From Octopus vulgaris (taxonomy: Eukaryota), in contig OX597816.1 in the NCBI GenBank assembly GCA_951406725.2, forward strand, positions 107,632,001 to 107,696,000: a DNA stretch of 64,000 nucleotides, written 5' to 3'. Made by a program: the position numbers and the translations under genes. Numbering within the stretch: position 1 is the first letter of the stretch; every line of letters starts with the position of its first letter. Of the stretch, positions 16,490 to 29,510 are shown piece by piece. Below the pieces are notes generated by a model. That model ran no database searches, was not told the DNA's origin, and saw only the letters and a program-made list of their open reading frames with translations.

Positions 16490-17100
16490 AAATAAAAACA
16501 TGTAATTGTCGTAATAGGGGATTTTTCCCCTTAAAGGATTCTGTTTAAAGAGAAATGCAGTATTTAAAGTCGAAGTCTCAACCCCAAATGAACCTAAAAA
16601 GATTGACATAGGTAGTACAATTGATTTTAAAAGTAGAATCAGGGCGCATATAAACTCTTTCACTAATCACGAAACAAAAACTCAACTTCACTAGTAACCT
16701 ACATCAATAGATTAAAAATGAGCAACAAAGAATTCTGTCTGAATTGGTCTAAAATAAGGGAAGCCACACCATATAATACACACACGAAGAATTGCGATTT
16801 ATGCACGAAGGAGGCGAGCCACATGATCCGACCCAACAAAAATAGTTCACTTAAGATATCTGACGCTATTATTACCTGTAGACACAAACATCTTTCAACA
16901 ATTAAATTTTTCAAAATTAATTAAACTATAGGATTCTAATTTAGCCTTACTTCATATTATGGATTCTTCTAAAACTTTATATTATATATAGCGTCGTAAT
17001 ATACTTTATATTATATATATAGTGTCATAATACATTTTAGCCTCTTAGTATCATATGCCCGAAGAGAATGGTCAGATCAAACATTCGATTTTTAATAAAT
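16490..17100 (+). mobile_element. PLE GIY-YIG endonuclease fragment (CNCR..CxLC..CRH type) with 3' region
   Basis: KTCNCRN..LKGFCL..IGSTIDFKSRIRAHINSF leads into ORF 16718-16924 (WSKIREATPYN..CDLCTKE..ITCRHK); a decayed HHR-like motif CCGAAGA-GAATG..CATTC lies near 17055-17090. Confidence 0.75.
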
Positions 17101-17269
17101 CATTTAACCCACTATTTCTTCTAAAGCTTTAACCTTGTGATTCTATTAACTCTGATGAGAGAAATATAGATCATTGCTATGGGGGAACAAGGGATTTATC
17201 CCGTGGGCTGCTTTGGGATCGTAAGGACCCTTCCAGGCTTAAACGGAGAACGAGGAATCTCAATCTTGC

Positions 17270-17600
17270 AGCAGTTAGTGCTTGAAATGGATGCAGAGAC
17301 TAACAATTTCTTGGCAAATATTCAGAGATCCAGGTTTCAGGGAGTCCTAGGGTATCTTTGCTTGTTCGGCTATCCAAAGGTTGCAGCATATGCTCCCATT
17401 GATGTAGGGTCAAGGCCGTTCTAAGATCCTCCACTTGGTATCGTATGGGGTCGCTTCATCTTTGAGGCGCCAAGCATGGCTGACCAGAGATGTGACGTCT
17501 TTCCGAAACACTGAAGGAGCACTCGTGGTCGTACATGCGTTGCTTGGAGGATGTCCCAGCTGACTCAATATATTTCTAGGCTTGGGTATTGGCTGCGCTC
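17270..17600 (-). mobile_element. Second PLE GIY-YIG fragment, divergent and GC-richer
   Basis: Minus strand reads YIESAGTSSKQRMYDHECSF..SLVSHAWRLKD..KWRILER..YINGSICCNLWIAE..LNICQEIVSLCIH, with stops and a frameshift. Confidence 0.7.
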
Positions 17601-17789
17601 ACATTACTAGCGCGTCTTCGGTTGGCTCAGTGTCTGGGAATGTTGTTGTTGCCACCGGTGTTGTTGGGGCTGCCGTCAGTGCTGTTATCATTACGATGCG
17701 TGGATCCAGCGATTCCACTGTCGGTGTGGTTGTTGTCATTGTGGTGGTCGTCTGTGGCCTTGGCGCTATTGTCGCCGATGGTGATGTAG

Positions 17790-17935
17790 GGTTTCTTTCA
17801 GTTTCCGTCTACCAGATCCACTCACAAGGCTTTGGTCAGTAGAAGACTCTTGTCCAAGGTGCTACACAGTGGGACTGAACCCAGAGCCATATGGTTGGAA
17901 AGCATACATCTTACTACACAGCTACGCCTACGCCT
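17790..17935 (-). mobile_element. 5' half of the abundant tRNA-derived SINE (family A)
   Basis: Reverse complement of GGCGTAGCTGTGTAGTAAG..GGGTTCAGTCCCACTG..GTAGACGGAAACTGAAAGAA. Confidence 0.75.
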
Positions 17936-18771
17936 TGAGTTAGAAGACGTGAGCCCAAGTTTACGCTACGAAACCTATAAAAGGTAGCCGCTACCCTGGG
18001 TTATTGTATTTCGTAAAATTCACTAAATGGCTACGCTCTCATCTTTTTCACGGGATATTGATACTCGATTACCTCCCTTTTCAGGGGATACTACCACTTT
18101 GAAATGAATGTGACTAGATTGTGTTATACATGAAAAATTACATCATTTTAGCATTTTATATAAAACTGACTAGTTTGGATTCAAGTGATCACCTGAGGTT
18201 TAAGCTTTCGCTTGTATTCCAGAAAATGTGCGCATTGTTGTACAGGTACGGATTAAGTTTATGTATTATTGATCTGGTCTAATTAGAAGGAATTATTTTC
18301 TCTGATTGCCAAAATGATTAAAAATATAATTGTCATTGAGCTAAGTTGTCTTTCTTTCTCGATATGTGTTGCTAATTAATATTTTGATTCTAAAAACATT
18401 AAATATTTTACTGCTGATGTGAATTTATATTCTTAATAAATCGCAAGTAGGATCCAGAAATTAACAGATTTAAATTAAATACACCTGCCTGAATATATTA
18501 ACAGGAATTTAATGAATAAGAAACACCTCACACAGAGAAAAGCCAATATGCACAAATGTAATACCACATTTTAACAAATATTGAAATCAAGTGTAATGTA
18601 GTTTGGATTATTAATGTTCCATTCATTAATATGTAAAACAGTCAGCAACTAAGTGTGATATATGATGTCGAAAGAATAGAATTCAGTTGTCCTGCAGATA
18701 GAAAGAACTAGGAAGAACAGTGTATGAATATACTTACGGCATAAATATTTTAATGATTAATGATATATATA

Positions 18772-20000
18772 CAGTTGAAAACAAAAATATATCACATATA
18801 TATGACCAAAGTGAATATAACTGTGTTGGAATTTGAAAGTATAATATGACCCTGGTGCGTAGTAATTACTTATAATTATTTATTTCAAAATATCAGGTTT
18901 AGCGGCTCCTAATTTTGATATATCCCTGTCACATTAATTGGTAATTAGTGAACATCTGTTTATAGCATACCGAGTGCGTCTCAACGATGATTGTATATAT
19001 ATATATATATTTACAGACATGCAAGAAGTAAAAAGACACCTTTAATTTTCAAACTTTCTGATCTAAGCGTCTTAATATGTTTTTAGCGGTGTAGAATTTA
19101 CAATGTAATTATTCTTTTTCATTCCAGGTGCTATTATATTAAACATTTGCGAAGCGTAACCATGTCACACAAAAAAATCAGCAGAACTGTCAGATTTTCA
19201 AGAGGTCATATTGTTGGGCAACCTGAGGCTGGTCTTATCCAGTGAAAAATTGCCAAAAACAGCTAGAAGTTAGTCCAAGAACGTGTGTTATATATCTGCA
19301 TAAGCTTGGGTATTATGGACGAGCAGCTAGAAGAAAACCTCTCCTTCAACCAATTAATATCATGAAAAGAAAGAAATGGACTAAGAAGATGTCAGAAAAA
19401 TCCAGTTCGTTTTGGGATAGAGTGATTTTCTCAGATGAATCCATATTTGCATCATTTTCAGACAGTGGACGTCGTTTGGGTCTGGTGGCTTCCCAGTCAA
19501 GAATTTGATTTGAAACGACTCCAAACAGCTGTGAAACATGGCGGTATCTCTGTAATGGTATTGGGAGCTGTCACCAGCAATGGTCGTTCTGAGATGATCG
19601 AATGTGTTGGAACCGTAAGCTATGAAAAATACGTCGAAATACTTAAGCAATGACTACTTCCAATGTATTCACACGATAACATAACGAAAATGAGTTTTTA
19701 TTCACGGAAGATGGGGGAACCATGCCGCACATCGAAAAGGAATCAACAATGGCTGACTGAAAATGGGATCAAAAAGCTTCCTTGGCCGAGTCAATCTCAT
19801 GACATAAACCCAAGTGAGAATCTTTGGAGCATACTAGATAGCTATACGAAAAAACTCGAGAGAAACCTAAATCTAAAGATGAATTGTTCCGATTGTTGCG
19901 TGAAAAAGTGGACAGAAATTCCACGAGAGACAATCACAAAGCTCATCAGTTTAATGCCAATAAAGTTTCTGAATTAAAAACTGCAAAGGGAATTTTTTTT
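18772..20000 (+). mobile_element. Tc1-like transposon, decayed
   Basis: GYYGRAARRKPLL, WDRVIFSDES, KHGGISVMVLG and WPSQSHDINPSENLW across frameshifted ORFs 19242-19977; putative left end TA|CAGTTG at 18772; right TIR not resolved. Confidence 0.85.
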
Positions 20001-20401
20001 GTTTTGCTCTTTTTTATAATTGGTTATAATTTTCACCTTAAAAGGTATTTAGAGATTCAATTAGTGCGATTATATATTAGAGAGTAAATGAAATAAAAAT
20101 TATATCATAAAAATCACAGTAGAGATACGTCCATAATATAAACAATGTTGTATTAATAAATAAATATATAAAGTGATCATTTTAAAAGATTTCAGAGATC
20201 TTACGATCGCTTCATGAATATACTACCTTTTGAAATGAAATCCAAAGTTGATAATCATTATTAAGAAGCACATCTACTCGTCAGAGAAAAAGGTTAATTT
20301 CAGTGTAGTAAATCGAATGATGTAGATGGTATTTAAAATCGTATAATAAAGGTGTTTAAAACGCTATTGGTATAAACTTGGGCTTAAGATTTAAAAAAAA
20401 T

Positions 20402-20718
20402 AATATAAATCCATGAAATACAAAATATGTATATATGCTTACATACAAAACGATCTAACTTACACAAAATAGAAATGATATCAAAAGTAAAAGGTGCTGA
20501 AGAAAAGTATTACACATCCAACAGTTGCGTCTAGGGGCTCGGCGGTCCCAAATAAAGTTTGTAGATTGATTCCACCGAGCCTCCAGAAAGAGCTGTTGGA
20601 TTTGTAATAGTTTTTCTTCAACCCCTTTAATTCTTGTTATCGTTTCTATTCTGCGTAAGTCGAATCTTTTTGTATGATTGTATATATAGGTTTTTTTGTA
20701 TTTCATGTATTTAATATA
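20402..20718. repeat. Diverged fold-back palindrome with ~145 bp arms
   Basis: CATGAAATACAAAA..TATTACACATCCAACAG..GGCTCGG pairs with CCGAGCC..CTGTTGGATTTGTAATA..TTTTGTATTTCATG. Confidence 0.8.
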
Positions 20719-20764
20719 CTTTACATATTGATCAGTCAAACTTGCTTATAGCTACATTTACTTC

Positions 20765-20867
<103 letters not shown>

Positions 20868-21006
20868 GCATGTGTGTGTATGTGTGTGTGTCTGCGTGCG
20901 TGTGCATGTGCTTGTATGTGTTTGTGTGTGCGCGTGTGCGTGTGTGTGTGTGTGATTTGTGTGTATATGTACGTATGTATGTATGTATGTATGTATATAT
21001 ATATAT

Positions 21007-21121
21007 ATGGTCATGTATCCTGCAATTCGCTGCCCAAAGCCATTCTTCAGGGCACAATTGAGGGAGGGCGAAAGAGAGGCAGAGAGAGAAAATCTTGTTT
21101 GGACAACACAAAAGATTGGAC

Positions 21122-21124
<3 letters not shown>
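21007..21124 (+). mobile_element. RTE-clade LINE C-terminal fragment
   Basis: YGHVSCNSLPKAILQGTIEGGRKRGRERKSCLDNTKDWTG fits the RTE/BovB-type GH..K.ILQG..EG.R.RGR..DN...WTG motif. Confidence 0.75.
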
Positions 21125-21164
<40 letters not shown>

Positions 21165-21857
21165 CAAGTTAAACCGTGAATCCCAACACTTGTATATATA
21201 TATCAGTGTGTATAAGTATGTGTGTGTGTTTGTGTATGTGTATGCAACGTATTGTATAGAGAACCTCATATTTCCAAAAGCCTCATTCTTCAAATCAAAG
21301 TATGCATTTAGATTTTTAGGTTTCCCATATATACATTAGCTAATTTCCTTGAGTACGTGCGCCCACACTCACAGATGTATGCACATAGTCACATACAAAT
21401 ACACACATATACATGTATGCCTATATGTATGTATCTGTATAGAAAAGCATGATTGATTTTTTTTTTCATTCTTAGCCTTATTTTCTAGAGTGCAGTGCAA
21501 GAAATATGGACATTAATTGATTTGGATTCAAAGAAAGAGACTTAAAACAACAGATGAAATTATAACCCTTAACTGATTTGATCTATAGTATGTAAGATCA
21601 AAGAATTCTGTGTATTGTACTTCTAGAGCTTATACTTTTAGGAGTTAGCCAGAGCCAATGCTATCGCTGCCGCCGTTGCCGCTGCCTCTGCCTCCGCCGT
21701 CGACCACCATCACCACCCCCTAACACCACCACCGCCACCGCCACCGCCGCTATCACGACAATCTTTATCTTTATGCAATACATATTTATCTGCGTATATG
21801 TATATCCATACATTATATTAAATGAATATACATATGATAGACTAGATTTATATATTC

Positions 21858-22070
21858 TCTTTACTCTCTTTTACTCTTTTACTTGTTTCGGTCATTTGAC
21901 TGCGGCCATGCTGGAGCACCACCTGTAGTCGAGCAAATCGACCCCAGGACTTATTCTATTTAAGCCTAGTACTTATTCTATCGGTTTCTTTTGCCGAACG
22001 GGGACGTAAACACACCAGCATCGGTTGTCAAGCGATGTTGGGTGGGGGGACAAACACAGACACACAAACA
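21858..22070 (-). mobile_element. 3' half of SINE family A
   Basis: CTCTTTTA repeat tail, GTCATTTGACTGCGGCCATGCTGGAGCACC and GGGGACGTAAACACACCAGCATCGGTTGTCAAGCG; similar pieces at 15607-15790 (-), 30080-30200 (-), 32190-32400 (+) and 55360-55460 (+). Confidence 0.8.
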
Positions 22071-23794
22071 CACATACACATATATATATTCATTTGTATA
22101 TGCAAAAATATACACATATAAAAAATTTTGCGACACACAAACACACACACACACACGCGCACACACATGCACACACACCACACCACAACACAACACAATT
22201 TTACATTTGTGCGTGTATGTGTGTATGAGTGAGAATGTGTATATGTGTGTATGTGCGTTTGTGTAAGTATGTGTGTGTATGTGTGTATGTATGTGTGTGT
22301 ATGTGTGTATGTATGTGTGTGTGCTATACTCTGGAGATAAGCAACAGTGATAAACGGTGTATATGAAATATTATTTCACACACTTGACACCTCTCACGCA
22401 TACATGTATAAATGTACGTGTTTGTGTGTGTGTATGTGAGTGTGTGTATGCGTGTGTGTGGGGGTTTGTGTTTGTATATGTGTGTGTCTTTATGTGTGTG
22501 TGTATGTGCGCGTGTGTGTGTTTGTGAAAGAGAGAGAGTGAGTGAGAGTGTGTGTGTGTTTGTGTCCAGCAATAGGCCATCTCTCTGACTGGCATGGATG
22601 GCTCAGCAACTTGCTCCAACTTGTGGTCTAGAAACCTGCTGTCTCCTCACTGTCTCTTCTACCGCTATTAAAGTAAGAGCAGATGAGACGTTGAGCCTGC
22701 AGGTAGATGAAATCATGTGACTCATTCATACCAATCTCTCTTTTTTCTTTTCTCTTTTACTTATCTAAATTTTTTTCACACTCAGTCAGACCTCTAACTA
22801 TTTCCCAAAGGCATTATTTTCAGGTTTGAACCGTCTAGATTTCTTTCTTTGCAGTCGTCACTTTGAAGTTGTCCAATAGGAATTTTGTCTGCATCGATAT
22901 CACCTGCCTTCCACGGTATATGAAACGAGCCGTGTGAACATCACTTTTCTCAAGACATAATGTATGTTCAGTTGTATATCCCTAACGTAACTAATGTACT
23001 CTCTTCTTTTCACGGCAGTAAATATATTTATTATGTTTAAATATATTGGAAAAAATAATGAAATATGGTTAAGATAAAGCAAAGTGCACTTATTTATCGC
23101 TTCAGATATCAACATCTTGAAATATACTTTGCGTTGACTAGTCTCAAGAACTTCGCGGTTCTACACTTCCTATAATAACACACAAAGTAAAATTTTCGCG
23201 AAAAATCGTTATATTCATCGTGTATAGGGTAATCTGGAACGATTATTTGCATATTCATTCTTAATTCGTTCCGACAGATTTGAACGCAAAAATACTAGTC
23301 GCTGTTGAGTACGACAGCTAATTGCAAAGCGATGCCGAGTAGTTAGAAGTTTAATTCAATAATTTTGCATTAATATGTTTTTGGCGAATATTTCCTTTTC
23401 AAAAATATTTCCTTGTTTGTCATATTTTCCTGTGACTTTTCAAATTAGTTTTATTTATTCTATCGAATACCACATGGAGTTCCAATTTATTAACAGATAT
23501 TGGCAATATCAGAGCGGCAGCTAATGTTATCACTGAATGTTAAATTTAATCTTGAGATAAAATACAGACTTGCCTTTCTAACTGCTAATAACCATCACGT
23601 TAAGACTTCATCAGAAGTCTTTTTCCAGTAGTTCTTTTCTGAGATTAAGATTGAGTAAAATCATACTAGTTAAAAGTTAGGTTTAATTTCAACACGTAAA
23701 GACATTCTTGGCGGTGTAAATTTATTCAAAACTTCTACGGAATAATCTGTTACATCTTTATCTGTGGCATCAATTCTATCAACACTTCAGTATA

Positions 23795-25054
23795 TGAGGT
23801 ATATTCCAGAAATGTTGAAACTTTTTCAGGGGTGACATTTATTAATTTTAAAGTAGTACAAAGTTCTAATCTCCTTCAAAGTAGGATCCTCTGACTTCAA
23901 TATACTTGTTGTAGCACTCCAGCCACTTCGTAAAAGCCCCGTGGAAGTTCTCCAAAGTGAAGGTGTTCAAGACCTTTATCGCAAACTACTTTATCTCAAT
24001 GTTTTCAAAACGGCTATCCTGAGGCTCTCCTTCAGCTTGGAGAATAACCAAAAGGAACAGGGAATTAGATCTGGACTGTAGGGCGGGTGAGAGACAGTTT
24101 GATGTCATCTCTGTCTTGTTGTTGGCTACCAGGACGGAATTGTATCTGGTGCTCTGTGCTCAGGCAGGTGCCATTGACCCAAGTGGAAGAGTTCTGGTGT
24201 TTTGCGACGAAATGTCTTCCCGAACTCCCTGAACTCCATAATAACCTTCACAACGTACATTTGTCAGAGGGAAAGTAGTGGATGTAGACGAACTTTATCA
24301 TGAGTTTCCCGGTGGACTTGCTTGGCCTTCTTGGGTCTGGGGCAGCCAGGATTCTTCCATTGGGCACTTTGTCTCTTGGTATCTGGATCATAACAGTAGA
24401 TCCAGCTTTCGTTACATGTCACCAGAAACTCAAGTGATTTTGTATTGGAGGTAGTGAGCTCAACCATCTCCCTGCTGTCACCAACGCATCTTTCCATCTG
24501 TTCGTTACTGGGAACAAACATTGTACAAATTTTGCACAAGTTCAGATTTTCACGAATACGTCTGTGTATAGTTGCAACGCTAACTCCAAACTGTATACTT
24601 ATTGTCGTTATAGACACACGGCGGTCTTATGAATTTCTTCATCGAGGTCTGATGTTCTGACATCCATCTCTCTGTCACACATATCATCATCTATCACCTC
24701 CTTTCTACAATCCTTGTATGTCTTGAGCTAGCGAAAAGTAGGTAGGTACTTGGCTCATATAAGATAATCTATAAGCAGTCTGGAGCTTCGCATAACACAA
24801 AACTTTATTGCGTGGCGCGCTTCCAAATTGTCCTCATATCCTGACTGCATTCTGTAAACTAATCAGCTGTAACAAGCAGTGCTTAGTAGGGTGTGTTTAA
24901 ATTGCTATTGCAACCATCTACTTCTAACTGGAATTGAAGAAATGGTAGGTGAGCTTATTAATTGTATAGTAATGATATACTAAAATTACAATACTCTAGG
25001 CCAGTTTTAACTGCCCCTCCTAAAAATGTCTCAAACCTTCTGAAATGCATCTCG
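23795..25054 (-). mobile_element. Mariner-like element, heavily decayed
   Basis: ORF 24264-24617 (VTCNESWIYCYDPDTKRQSAQWKNPGCPRPKKAK); degenerate TIRs TA|TGAGGTATATTCCAGAAA and TTCTGAAATGCATCTCG|TA. Confidence 0.8.
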
Positions 25055-25365
25055 TACTGTTGTATTTCGAATGAACTGTCTCAGAGTATTATTGTTCAGT
25101 CATGAAATTAGTAACACATTTGATGATATATTTTCAATTAGTTCTTCAGTTCAGACTTCAACTGAATTTCCAAGTAATCCTCTGATATCAGCCCCTCCCC
25201 ACCTTAAATGTGATATATAAGTTTCAGAAGAAATCGCTATCAGATTATAGTTCCAGTTCATATTTATTTATCAACGTACCGATAACAAGGTCAAGCAATC
25301 AACTATCAAATTCTTTTCGTCTTGTGACCTTATGCATACCAGGCGATTACATTCAATTATAAATA

Positions 25366-26940
25366 ATAGCAGCATTAGACCTGCCCGTGTCGCGGGAAAT
25401 GTTTGGTAGAAATCTCAACCCAGCAGAGGTAAATGTTCTTCAGTGTATGTCATTGATTTGCAAAATATTAGCAAATAGAATCGAAACTTACCTATAACAA
25501 GTAGCTCAACATCCTGTATGCTTATAACTTTCCAGAAAGAGCGTATTTTCAATGGGTGACAGACGTTTTCGGTGCAGCTACCTTGAAACAGTTAGATACT
25601 CTTCGACCATCAAATACATCTGCTGCAGTAGTTATTGGTAGTGTGGAAAGTGCCGCCAAGCTGCATTTCTTCCGACTCTTTATGTTCTGATTTCAAATAA
25701 TGCCGAGGTCAACTTTGCCTTTCATTCGTGCGACGGTGATAAAATAAAGCATCAAAGATCGATGGAATTGATTAAGCCCACTTTTTCAAGTTGGTGTCTG
25801 TCTGCCTGAAGTGAGGACCATTTGCGCACAACCACTTGAACAATCTAAACATAAAATTGTGTATGCTGCTCTCGAGGAAAGGGGGCGGCATTCTCCAACT
25901 GAAAAAAAAATCTGCTTGCTGGAATGTGTGTTGCGGCGTTTCAGTTAAACTTGCCAAACTTTGGAAATTTGGAGAATATCGTCATCACTTTCATTAATCT
26001 TATAAAACAGCAGAGAATCTGAAAAAGGAAGATCAAAATTTCATCAATTCATTTGATTACGTTTATTCCACATATCCCTGTGTTTTTCTTAAGAAACTAG
26101 TTTTCTTAAATTGCCTCCAGAGCAGTCTTTCATCATTTCGTCCTCAACCTCAAACATACGATAAATCTCTGCAGGTTTGTTAGGTGCATTCAAGACATAA
26201 TGCAGGGCAGCAGCATAAAATAATGCGTTGATGGTACTTCTGCCATTCAATTTCGTGCGTGCGGTTTATTTAAAGATATTGTATAATATATTATCAAAAG
26301 TACCTAAGTCCTCAAAACTGTAAGCTCCTCTAACTCAAAATAATAATAGTCTGATAGGAAATCTTTCACTATCTTTAGTGCTCACTGCATATAACCTTGT
26401 CGCTCCTCTCTGGCGTGTTTGTCATACATTTTAAAATTATAAACATATAATGAAAGAGAATATAGGAGTAATGTAGCTACATGGTATTTGCATTTCCAGA
26501 GATCTGAGTGAGTGTGAATCATGCACCGGTCGACGTATTTTTTTCTCTTTGCTCTATCCAACGCATGCGTTTCATTTCCTCCATAGAAATACATGAATTT
26601 CTTTTTTCGGGAAAATGTGTGACTTGTCATGCATTTCGTAACATAGGAAATGGCCACATGACTTCTGGAGCACTAACATATCGAAATCAGCATATTACTT
26701 AATTTTATCGAGAATGACTTCGTTATTTGCTTCAGTTTTTCCAATATTAAGATGAATGGCATGAACCCTATCGTTTGTACATAAACCTTCAGTGTATAAT
26801 TGACAAATGTGACTAATGCATAGATTTCTACATTAATATTCGTTATAAAGCATCGTGGTATACTTCTCTCATGTATTTTGATAGCTCTTGCAAGGAAGAT
26901 GTCAGAATTGCTTTTCGGTCATATTGCTTTGCATTGATGC
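25366..26940 (-). mobile_element. Helitron RepHel relic with 3' hairpin
   Basis: Minus strand gives NINVEIYA, DKIK*YADF/RYVSAPEVMW..EMHDKSH, PNKPAEIY and LEKVGL; terminal hairpin CCCG-CGACA-CGGG near 25384-25396. Confidence 0.7.
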
Positions 26941-26950
26941 AATATTAAGT

Positions 26951-28750
26951 CAGTGGTTCCCAAACCTTTGATTGTCCCGAACATCTAGGAAATTTCTGAT
27001 TAATTTTCGCATATCCTACAAAGCAATATCATCTTTGAAGATGAATAAGTCTCTTTCTAATAACTTATTCAGTTTTGTTTTCAAATTGAGTCACATACAC
27101 AGTAATGAGGGTAAATACATTGAAGTATATAAAAATAAGAATTTTCCCCCAGTGCATGAAATGCAAAATTGAGCAATTAGAAAACATAAAGCAAAAACAA
27201 AATCAAACTGTGAACAGAGAAATGAGTCACAATATATAAATTCCATCACTTCTTTTGTTCTGGATTTTCATTCGGGACTTTATGAAAACGTGATACTGAT
27301 TACAATATCACGATTACAATCCACAGGTCTGCTCGTAGAATGAGCTACTCATGGGAACTTATCTGTATTGACAAAAGAAAACTGAAACCGCATGTGTGTC
27401 GTTGCAGAAGGGATTAGAATACAATTCTTGGTCATAATCTAATAAATGTTAACTCTACTCATGTAAAATAATAAAGCTTCTAGTGTGCTTAGAAGCATAA
27501 AACTATATTTAACAGTCTGTTAATGATTTTACTCTCGAAATAAATTTTAATAAAGTATAGCTTTTGTCGTACCTCCTGAAATGATGGCGGGTACTCCACT
27601 CAGAGAAGCTCTGAATTTCAAATTAGTTATCGGATTGACAAAACAATTGCTCTTAGAAGGTTATTCTTAAAAGTGTCAGCTATTTCATCCAACGTGGGTA
27701 AGTTTTATTTCTGTTAAGAAACTTCTTCCGTTCTCGTACAACTTCTCATCGAATCCTTCGTAATGCTACAATTCCCCTGTCTGCTCTCCTTAGTTTTGAA
27801 TCTCCAGCAGTTTTATGTCGTGATCCGTGTGATAACTGTTCCATCAAATCAAGGCTCCTTATATTCGTTTCCATTTGGTACTCCTGAGCTTCTCTCATTC
27901 CTCTTCTCATTGCGCCCTTATCGTACCTATCTTGTGAGACGTTGGAATATCTTTGTCTCAATATTTCGCTTCATATTTCTAATTGTTCCTCGCATAATTC
28001 TGATCGATTTGATTTTAATTCAATCCTTCACCAATCTTCATTTCCTTTCAAAAAGAAATTTTCAGAAGTAGTAGAAGGCAAAATCAATTTTTGCTTTTGT
28101 CTGGGAAAAATTTGGTAAAAAGTATTTGATACGTAATAGACATTAAAATGACAATAGAAAATTTTACAACAGAATAACATTAAAAGAGATGCAAAATAAT
28201 ACCGTTTAGTACTTCGGTCTGTTGATTATGTTTCAAGTGAACTTTAGGTTAGTTTCGAGGAAGAAAGAAATAAACTGAAAGTTCATAGGAATGCTTTGTT
28301 AGAAAAAGAGCTTATGTCTACACATGAACTGTTACATTCTTAGATAGATGTACTAATATGTGTGGAACGTGTTTTGATATATTGTGTTAAAAAGTAAGAA
28401 TTACCTTTTTCAATAAATTATTGATTGTTGGCTTTTATAAGACTCTGTTCAAATCTGAGTAGAAGGAAGAAATTTGGTGATTCCTTTTCGCCAATGTATA
28501 ATAGGCAACATAGGTAGTATTCAATTGGTAGCTTAAGGTAGCATTTGTTACGACTATCGATTCTTGTCGAACGTTAAAAGAGGCTTTTATTGGCTGTGTA
28601 GCATGCTCGTATTTCTTCGTTCTCTACACCGTAGCTTCTCTTTGGAAACGTCCAACTTCGTTCACATTGCATCTTAAATAAGAATACACAAAGTGTCTCA
28701 TTTTCGAAGTTTGAGAGACAGGGATAGGTCTAGAGATAAATATCAAAGTG
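26951..28750 (-). mobile_element. hAT (Charlie/Buster-like) transposon relic abutting the Helitron
   Basis: TIR-like CAGTGGTTCCCAAACCTTT at 26951; dimerisation-domain-like ILIPSATT near 27400; weak N-terminal similarity (SKMRH, SLIKA) at 28430-28720. Confidence 0.5.
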
Positions 28751-28988
28751 TAAGCACGCATATATGCATGTACGTACATGCATACCAACCTACGTACATA
28801 CATACATGCATACATACATGTATATGTATACATTATTTATAGTCATTATTGCATGAATGTATATGAATATTTATATATCTATATCTATCTCTATGTATAT
28901 ATATTAGCACGCTCTCTTTCTGCCTCTTACTATGAAAACAACCGTAGATGGTAGCAACAGCAGTCACCAGTCAAATCTCACACGTATG

Positions 28989-29092
<104 letters not shown>

Positions 29093-29104
29093 AAGATAGA
29101 GATA

Positions 29105-29470
29105 GGCGTGGCTGTGTGGTAAGTAGCTTGCTTACAAACCATATAGTTCCGGGTTCAGTCCCAGTGCGTGGCACCTTCGGCAAGTGTCTTCTACTATAGC
29201 CTCGGGCCGACCAAAGCCTTGTGACTGGAGTAGGTAGACGGAAACTGAAAGAAGCCCGACGTATATATATATATATACGTGTGCATATTTTTGTGTGTCT
29301 ATGTTTGTCCCCCACACCATAGCTTTATAACCGATGCTGGTGTGTTTTCGTCCCCGTAACTTAGCGGTTCGGCAAAAGAGACCGATGCAAAGAATGAGTC
29401 CTGAGGTCGATTTGTTCGTCTAAAGACAATGCTCCAGCATGGCCGCATTCAAATGACAAACAAATAAAGG
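29105..29470 (+). mobile_element. Near-complete SINE family A with an internal (TA)n tract
   Basis: Head GGCGTGGCTGTGTGGTAAG, B-box-like GGGTTCAGTCCC, body GGCACCTT..GCAAGTGTCTTCTACTATAGCC and 3' GCTCCAGCATGGCCGC. Confidence 0.88.
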
Positions 29471-29471
29471 A

Positions 29472-29510
<39 letters not shown>

